A stretch of 49,916 nt of DNA, counting the filler, from Sphacelaria rigidula (Eukaryota), in the NCBI GenBank assembly GCA_964200075.2. It is 2 parts of 2 records of this genome, joined end to end, with 100 filler letters (N's around TTAATTAATTAA, not from the genome) between each part and the next. Parts side by side here need not be neighbours in the genome. Positions count along the whole stretch, not along the records: positions 25,028 to 49,916 come from CAXNAA020000186.1; 1 more part is not named here. One strand, written 5' to 3'. Under the pieces are notes generated by a model, which saw only the letters and a list, made by a program, of their open reading frames with translations, was not told where the DNA came from and ran no database searches. Made by a program: the position numbers and the translations under genes. Positions 44,201 through 49,916 of this stretch are shown here, piece after piece. How positions within the stretch are numbered: position 1 is the stretch's first letter; each line of letters starts with the position of its first letter.

Positions 44201-45978
44201 ATCAAGTTATTTATAGACTAATCATTAAGTCGTCGGACACTTGAAACGGTGTTAACTGCGACAACTCAACATGTTTACTGCGATGCTTGAAGTGAACGTT
44301 TCAATCGCACCTTCTCTGCTCAAACACTTCGTACTTCATGGAGGATATCTCTGCCCAAACGGGGTCAACTGCGACAATTCAACTTGCGTTGTATACAGTA
44401 GCTAAGACACATGGCCACGGGTCCTTTTCAAAACTGCTGTGATACACCCTTGCCGTGAATTCAAAATCAGAGGGGAAGTGGAAAGTACGAGGAGCAAATA
44501 TCGCACCACTGACGGAGGTGTTGAGTACAATACTGGCCTCCAACAACGGGGGCTAGCCAGTACTTGCATGTACAACGGCGTAGAGCTGGGTTCCGTGCAG
44601 CGTGAGCTATCTGCGGTCGCGTTTCGGAAGGGCAGAATAAAAAATTACTTTCGGGGTTGTACAACTACCGTATTGGTGATTTCGAAGAGACATCCCTCCT
44701 CAATTATGCGCCGTGTTGATGAAATCGAGTCGAACCTTGCTGAGGATGTACCTCAACAGATTCTCTACACATACGTTTCTTGACGTTGATAATTACACGG
44801 TTGATCGAGTTCGTAACCCTCGCCGTGTCTTGGTGTTTACTTGGTGGTAAATGAGGTGAATTTATTGCCGGCGAAACGCTGGTCCACTGACAGTCTCGCA
44901 TTTGTTTACAGGATAATTTTGTAGGGGTAGATGGGCGCCCGAAGGATATGGCTTTTAGAAAGGAGCGTTGCAAAATGAACATTTTCTCGCCAATATGCGT
45001 GCAGCAGCATTTTGCTGTGGTTCAGGCAGGAAGGTCCATGCTTTCTGTGTTTATGCAGTGTTCTGCTGTGTGTGCTGACATGTGTGCTGACATCTTCGTA
45101 CGTGCATGGCCACACGTACACGAAGGACGCACAAAGATTCCTACTGTTAGCTGTACTCGGGGGGCATCACGCTGTATTGACGGCAGCTCACGCAAGATTA
45201 CCATGACACGCATGTGCGTGGCAATTTTTCTATTCATGCGTACTCCCTCCACCAGAAGCAACCGAATTATTCCAAGGTCGCCCTAAAGCATGTCCCCTTT
45301 GCGTCCACGTCGGAGCCCGGGCGTTCACCGGGTTAAGGTTTGTCTATCCATGCGTAATATTTCCACCAGAAGCAACTGAAGTATTCCGAAGCCGCCGGAG
45401 AGCTTGTTCACTTTGCGTCAAAATTGAGCAACTCGGACAGGCTTTCGAGGGGCTTTTGAACTCTTGAGTCGTTGTGGTGACGAGAAACTTGGACGCAAGG
45501 CGGACAGGCTTTCGGGCGGCTTCGGAATACTCACATTGCCACTACGCATGGGTGGAAATATGTTCCGCCACGCCCACGCTGTATGCGCGGCTCATGCGGG
45601 TGTAGTCAAGTGGTGTTAAGACTTTGTGCCTGATGGCTGCACACAGCCTCCCCCGATAGCCGATTCAGCAGGATGAGCACCAGTTGATGGACACACGAGC
45701 AACGCCCATTTAGTCGCAAGGGCGAGCTCATTACCCTTACCCTGTCGTGAGAAGCAAAGGTATCCGTCACCCCCAACGACACTGAGCCCAACACTGCTCA
45801 TAGTGAATGATCTACAGCGGGCGAAAACGATGAACATGCCTTATCCAACCATGGCGAAATTCTATTGCACACCTAATTGCCCAAACGTTTCTTCATGCGA
45901 AACTTCTGGCACTGGGCAGAGAGATGGGGGCAAGAATTTTGAGTGGAAAGGTTTTTCGACCAACCAGATGAGAAAAAC

Positions 45979-46004
45979 GTGTGTGTGTATGTGTGTGTGT
46001 GTGT

Positions 46005-46060
<56 letters not shown>

Positions 46061-46360
46061 TTTAATTCGCACTTTGAACCTCTCCCCTTCCTCAGGGCGA
46101 GTCCGTGGTCTCAAGGGATCAACGCATCTCTCCCCGGTACACGCCTTGCATTTTGGTCTCGCGGATTGGCTCAGCACTTCCGCACCGCGTCAACTCACGT
46201 CAAACAAACTCAGTCAACTACTTTGTTTACTCGCGTTCTCACGCTTTCCACAGTGGAAATCAAATACTGTGAAGAAAAAACCCAACGCATTGGGAATCGA
46301 ACCCTCGTTCTCTTCGCCCTAATCGCGACAGGTGGACCATTACACCACCGGGGCGCGGCG
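45979..46360 (-). mobile_element. tRNA-derived SINE with (CA)n tail
   Basis: A box TGGTGTAATGG (46337-46347), B box GGTTCGATTCC (46293-46303), (GT)n at 45979-46060; related copies at 39607 and about 49680-49790. Confidence 0.8.
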
Positions 46361-47776
46361 TACTGAAGGAACATGAGTCGAAAAGTAGCTTTGATTGGCC
46401 CAAACATTGCGCCGCTGCGAGATAGACAGCTGTTACCATCAATCAAGGATACAGCAGCTCCGTGCTGGCTCAGTTTGTTTGCGCCAACCTGCACGCACCC
46501 GCTTTGTGTGTCTTCCCCGATCGCAGCACCCGACTATAACTGAAGTACCAGAGAAGACGCAACAGACAGCTGCACACTCGTCACGTGACGACTGTTTCAA
46601 CCTTTGTTTGAACAGCACTTTGATCCCACTCCATTTCGGTGCAGACCGAAACACAGCACGCAGCAGCAACTGTTCAGGCATCCTCCAGCGCACATCGCAC
46701 CGTGATTGTCTTCGAGTGCTTAGATGCACAACAGCACAGCGACGACTACAGCATTGAAATGATGGGTTTGGGAAGCGCTTTGTTCGTTCGACTCGAGACG
46801 AAACAGCCAACACAGCATAAATGTTTCAACAGTGTGTGGGAAGGGAGCACTGGGTGCCGACAATATTGTTCTTCATGGAGACGAACGCAATGACAACAAA
46901 GCTACTCAGTCAGTCCCAGCGGAGATCAAAACGCCTTCACAAAGGCCTAGAGACACCACCGCTCAGCGATAGCTACAGCACACGAGACAGAGCATGTGTG
47001 TGTTTGTGCTGCAGCACAGTGATACAGGACATGTCCCATTCGATACTCCTTTCCCTGATTTCGGGTGGGTTCTCGATTTTTGCCGAGTGGTGATTTTCAA
47101 ACGCTCGGCCATAACCGCGCTACGCGCGAAAATATTTCAATTCGCTGTCAATTACCCCCATCAGTGGGAGGTGAGCTAAACTTCTGCACTTGTGCCAAGT
47201 GCTCGAATCCTCCCAGTGCCCATCTACGCCTACAAAAACCACTTTCTAGGAACTCACGGACTTGTTAGCGGACGAACTCTCAGTACAGGGGTGAGTTCAA
47301 ACGGGTAAACAGCAATACTTCAAACGCCAGAGTGGGATTTTCACTAATTTTTCGAGCGAAAATGGTGAGGATTCTACAGAGGGCCCCCACCCTGGCGGTC
47401 AAATGGCTAAACCTCGCCTACGAGAACCATCACGTTCGGACTGTTCTGCGCTGTGCAGTGCACTGGCTCGGTTCAGCCGTGCCGTGCTGCCCGCACATTC
47501 GGTACCTGGTCTGATGTTTGTGTGTCGGTGCTGTGCTATGCGGAGCTGTCTGGTTGCTTGCGTCTATTCATTCAAATGTTCACGATCACGTGACGCCAAA
47601 TTTCAGTAGGACACAGTACAAACAGCCAGTACAACACTACTGTGGAGGATAGCTGGGCGTAAGTCTGACCGCTGTGCCGCACTGCTACAGGACCTTACAG
47701 CACTTGCTACAGAACACGTATCTACAGACAACACTAACATACAAGCGCTGGACATGGAGCACAACAAAGACCTCAC

Positions 47777-47909
47777 CTTTCCGTATGTTCCTTCGCCAAT
47801 GGGCCCAAGAATATCATATGCGCTGACATCCCTGGCCCAGTGCGTAGGCTTGCGCTTCTTCTTTTTCGGCCTCTCCTCCTCACCCCCCACCCCGTCTTGC
47901 GCGCTCGAG
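47777..47909 (-). CDS. CDK9/CDK12/CDKC-like kinase, coding exon 2 (..RDVSAYDILGPIGEGTYGK)
   Basis: TACTAAC branch point before the AG; Gly-rich loop GEGTYG; donor AAG|gtgagg in phase with exon 3. Confidence 0.85.
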
Positions 47910-48226
47910 CTTTGCGGTTAGTACACATTTGCGACACAATTTGAGGCGATTTGATGTACCGTACTTCGACGAATAATAAGAACACCACCTTGATTTATCG
48001 CATCACCTCGCACAAATACACCTCAACTACACGGCCCTCTTGTACCTCCTGTCGACAACTGGTTCTATCTGCAGATACTGCACTACCTGCAGTATGTGCC
48101 CTGTACGCTGCAACAAGTACAGTGGCTGCTGTCGCGTGGGTACAAACAGCTTGCTGAATTGTACTGTTGTCTGTCGGTACAGTAAACGACTGCATGTGAT
48201 ACCACACCCATGTACAACATACCCAC

Positions 48227-48309
48227 CGAGACAATTCATCATCGACCGCTCCATGAGCTGGGGAAGATAGTTGCTGGGAACGTGGCAAAACATGCGGTCT
48301 CGTCTCCAT
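48227..48309 (-). CDS. CDK9/CDK12/CDKC-like kinase, probable coding exon 1 (METRPHV...)
   Basis: ATG 48309; donor CG|gtgggt in phase 2 matches the exon 2 acceptor phase. Confidence 0.55.
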
Positions 48310-48631
48310 GACACCTGAAGAGCACAGCTTCGAAATGTCTCCGACTCTGTGCTGGTAGATGACAATACGTCTCATTGTTTTAGTATGAGCTTTTCTGACT
48401 ATACCACAGGACTGCTCAGAGCTGTCAGTCGATCTGATACAGGTAGACTCGTGCGGTACAGTCAATTCTGGCTGATCACACTGGAGAGTCGTCCGCGTAG
48501 TGCTATATGTACACCAGAATCGGCGTATAGAGCGGGAAGCCAGACCCTGTGTTGGCAACAGTAGCGACTACTAATATAGTGTGGGAGAAAGGATTCGGTC
48601 AGTGCTCCAATTGAGGAGGAGCATTCGCACA

Positions 48632-48796
48632 ATGGACAGCACTGGACCGAAGTGGGCGCCTGGAAGCGTAGAGGAGAGGAAATTTTACGATGGACTTTTC
48701 CAAATAGCAGATGTTACCAAAACGGCCAAGCTGGCGGGTCAGCCAGCGGTTGCTTTCCTGGGAAGGAGTGGTCTCGTTATGCCGGTCCTGAAGCAG
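48632..48796 (+). CDS. EH-domain (Eps15/Ede1-like) protein, exon 1
   Basis: EERKFYDGLFQIAD..LAG..AVAFLGRSGL...LKQ|gt. Confidence 0.85.
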
Positions 48797-49516
48797 GTAC
48801 AGGAATGAATTCAGCGATTGCCCTTACTGGAACTTGAGAAGTGACGATTTGGTGTGGTGCTATGATGGACTCTGGACAACACACAGATTTTCACGAACTT
48901 TTGTATCTTGGTTCGTCGAGGTACACGATGGAAATTCATGAAGGTCTGTATGATCCTAAATTTGGCGAGAGCGGGAACTGCTCATGGCGGCGTTGCCCTC
49001 GCACGTGAGACCGTGTTGCGAGGATGCCTTAGAAGCCAATATATTGTTTCTCTGCCGCTGTTCTCTCAGGTTGTTTAAAGGGCACCAAATTATATGAGAT
49101 TTGCACATCTTGCTTGCGGAATGTATCCACGTTGGAAGTAAACTTTTGCACGTCATTGTTCCTCACCGAGTGAACGTCCCAGCTGACCGGACTGCTGTCA
49201 TTCGTACAGCATCGTCCGCCGTACGGAAAAGTTGCACTTACCCTACAGTACTTCTTCCGAGTACCTCGCAGCATACGAGTACGGTTCTGGAAATGTTTTC
49301 CCATACCCAGCAGTTGCTTATCGTTCTGCAGATGTGCGAAACCCCACCCTTGGAAATCACTTTGCCACAGGGATTTACCGTCATTGCAGTGACGCATCGA
49401 TTGGTGGCCGCTCGTCCTGAAGAGTACACTACAGCATGGCTATCCTATGCTCGATTTCTGCCGTTGAAAGTGTCATCGTGTACTCTACCCTGCATTCCTC
49501 CGCGATCGAAAAACAG

Positions 49517-49603
49517 ATCTGGGACATATCTTGCGATCCTAAGCTGGGGTATCTCCGCCGCGAAGATTTTTACGTGGCGATGCGCCTTATTGCAACTGCG
49601 CAG
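49517..49603 (+). CDS. EH-domain (Eps15/Ede1-like) protein, exon 2
   Basis: cag|IWDISCDPKLGYLRREDFYVAMRLIATAQ|gtaag completes the EH domain in phase. Confidence 0.87.
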
Positions 49604-49916
49604 GTAAGAGCTGAGGACAGTGTGGCAATGAAACCGTTGGCTGTTGTAGTAAAACCTCGAATGTATATATAAAAGTACCGGTACCGGGGGAGAGATGTGT
49701 GCAAGCCTTGAGACCAGGGATTCCTCTCGAGGACATGGAGGGGTTGGAACTAAGCCAAAATATGTAGGAAAAAAAAAATAGCGAATAGAAGTGAGCACAA
49801 GTATGCTGATCGATCACTGCGATAACGCCCCCCCCCCCCCCCCCTTGCCGGCGGTGGGAAGAGAGGCGGCCAGAACAGCGCCCCACAACACAGAAAACCG
49901 GGTGCGGGGGTTCTTT

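Noticed and set aside
43860-45570. Diverged direct repeats (about 43870 and 44260) and a palindromic element (about 45240-45570)
   Set aside because: Probably ordinary non-autonomous TE fragments; ends and TSDs could not be defined.
46280-46360. Functional tRNA gene
   Set aside because: A and B boxes are present but there is no cloverleaf; it is the head of a multi-copy SINE.

Overview
Two different kinds of DNA joined by a 100-bp scaffolding linker (N44-TTAATTAATTAA-N44, 24928-25027). Left, 1-24927: a gene-dense segment of a Nucleocytoviricota giant virus, most likely phaeovirus-like and so probably endogenous in a brown alga (inference). It encodes an A18-like SF2 helicase, a CIPK/SNF1-like kinase, a sulfotransferase-like protein, topoisomerase II, an Erv1/Alr oxidase, an FN3 protein and a disabled major capsid protein (MCP). 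The MCP gene is split by a 539-nt group I intron whose core helices and exact splice sites can be read from the sequence. It lies in a 9-kb cluster of selfish or conflict-type elements: two Crinkler-like HNH-type genes, a 59-bp hairpin tandem array, a C2H2/EsV-1-7/PD-(D/E)XK gene, a truncated Vsr-like nuclease and an IS607-type TnpA + Fanzor2/TnpB element. Right, 25028-49916: intron-rich host DNA. It holds the 5' exons of a CDK9/CDK12/CDKC-like kinase gene on the minus strand, with a 19-kb intron full of LINE, SINE and MITE remnants, head-to-head with an EH-domain gene. All family calls come from motif recognition by eye; no searches were run.
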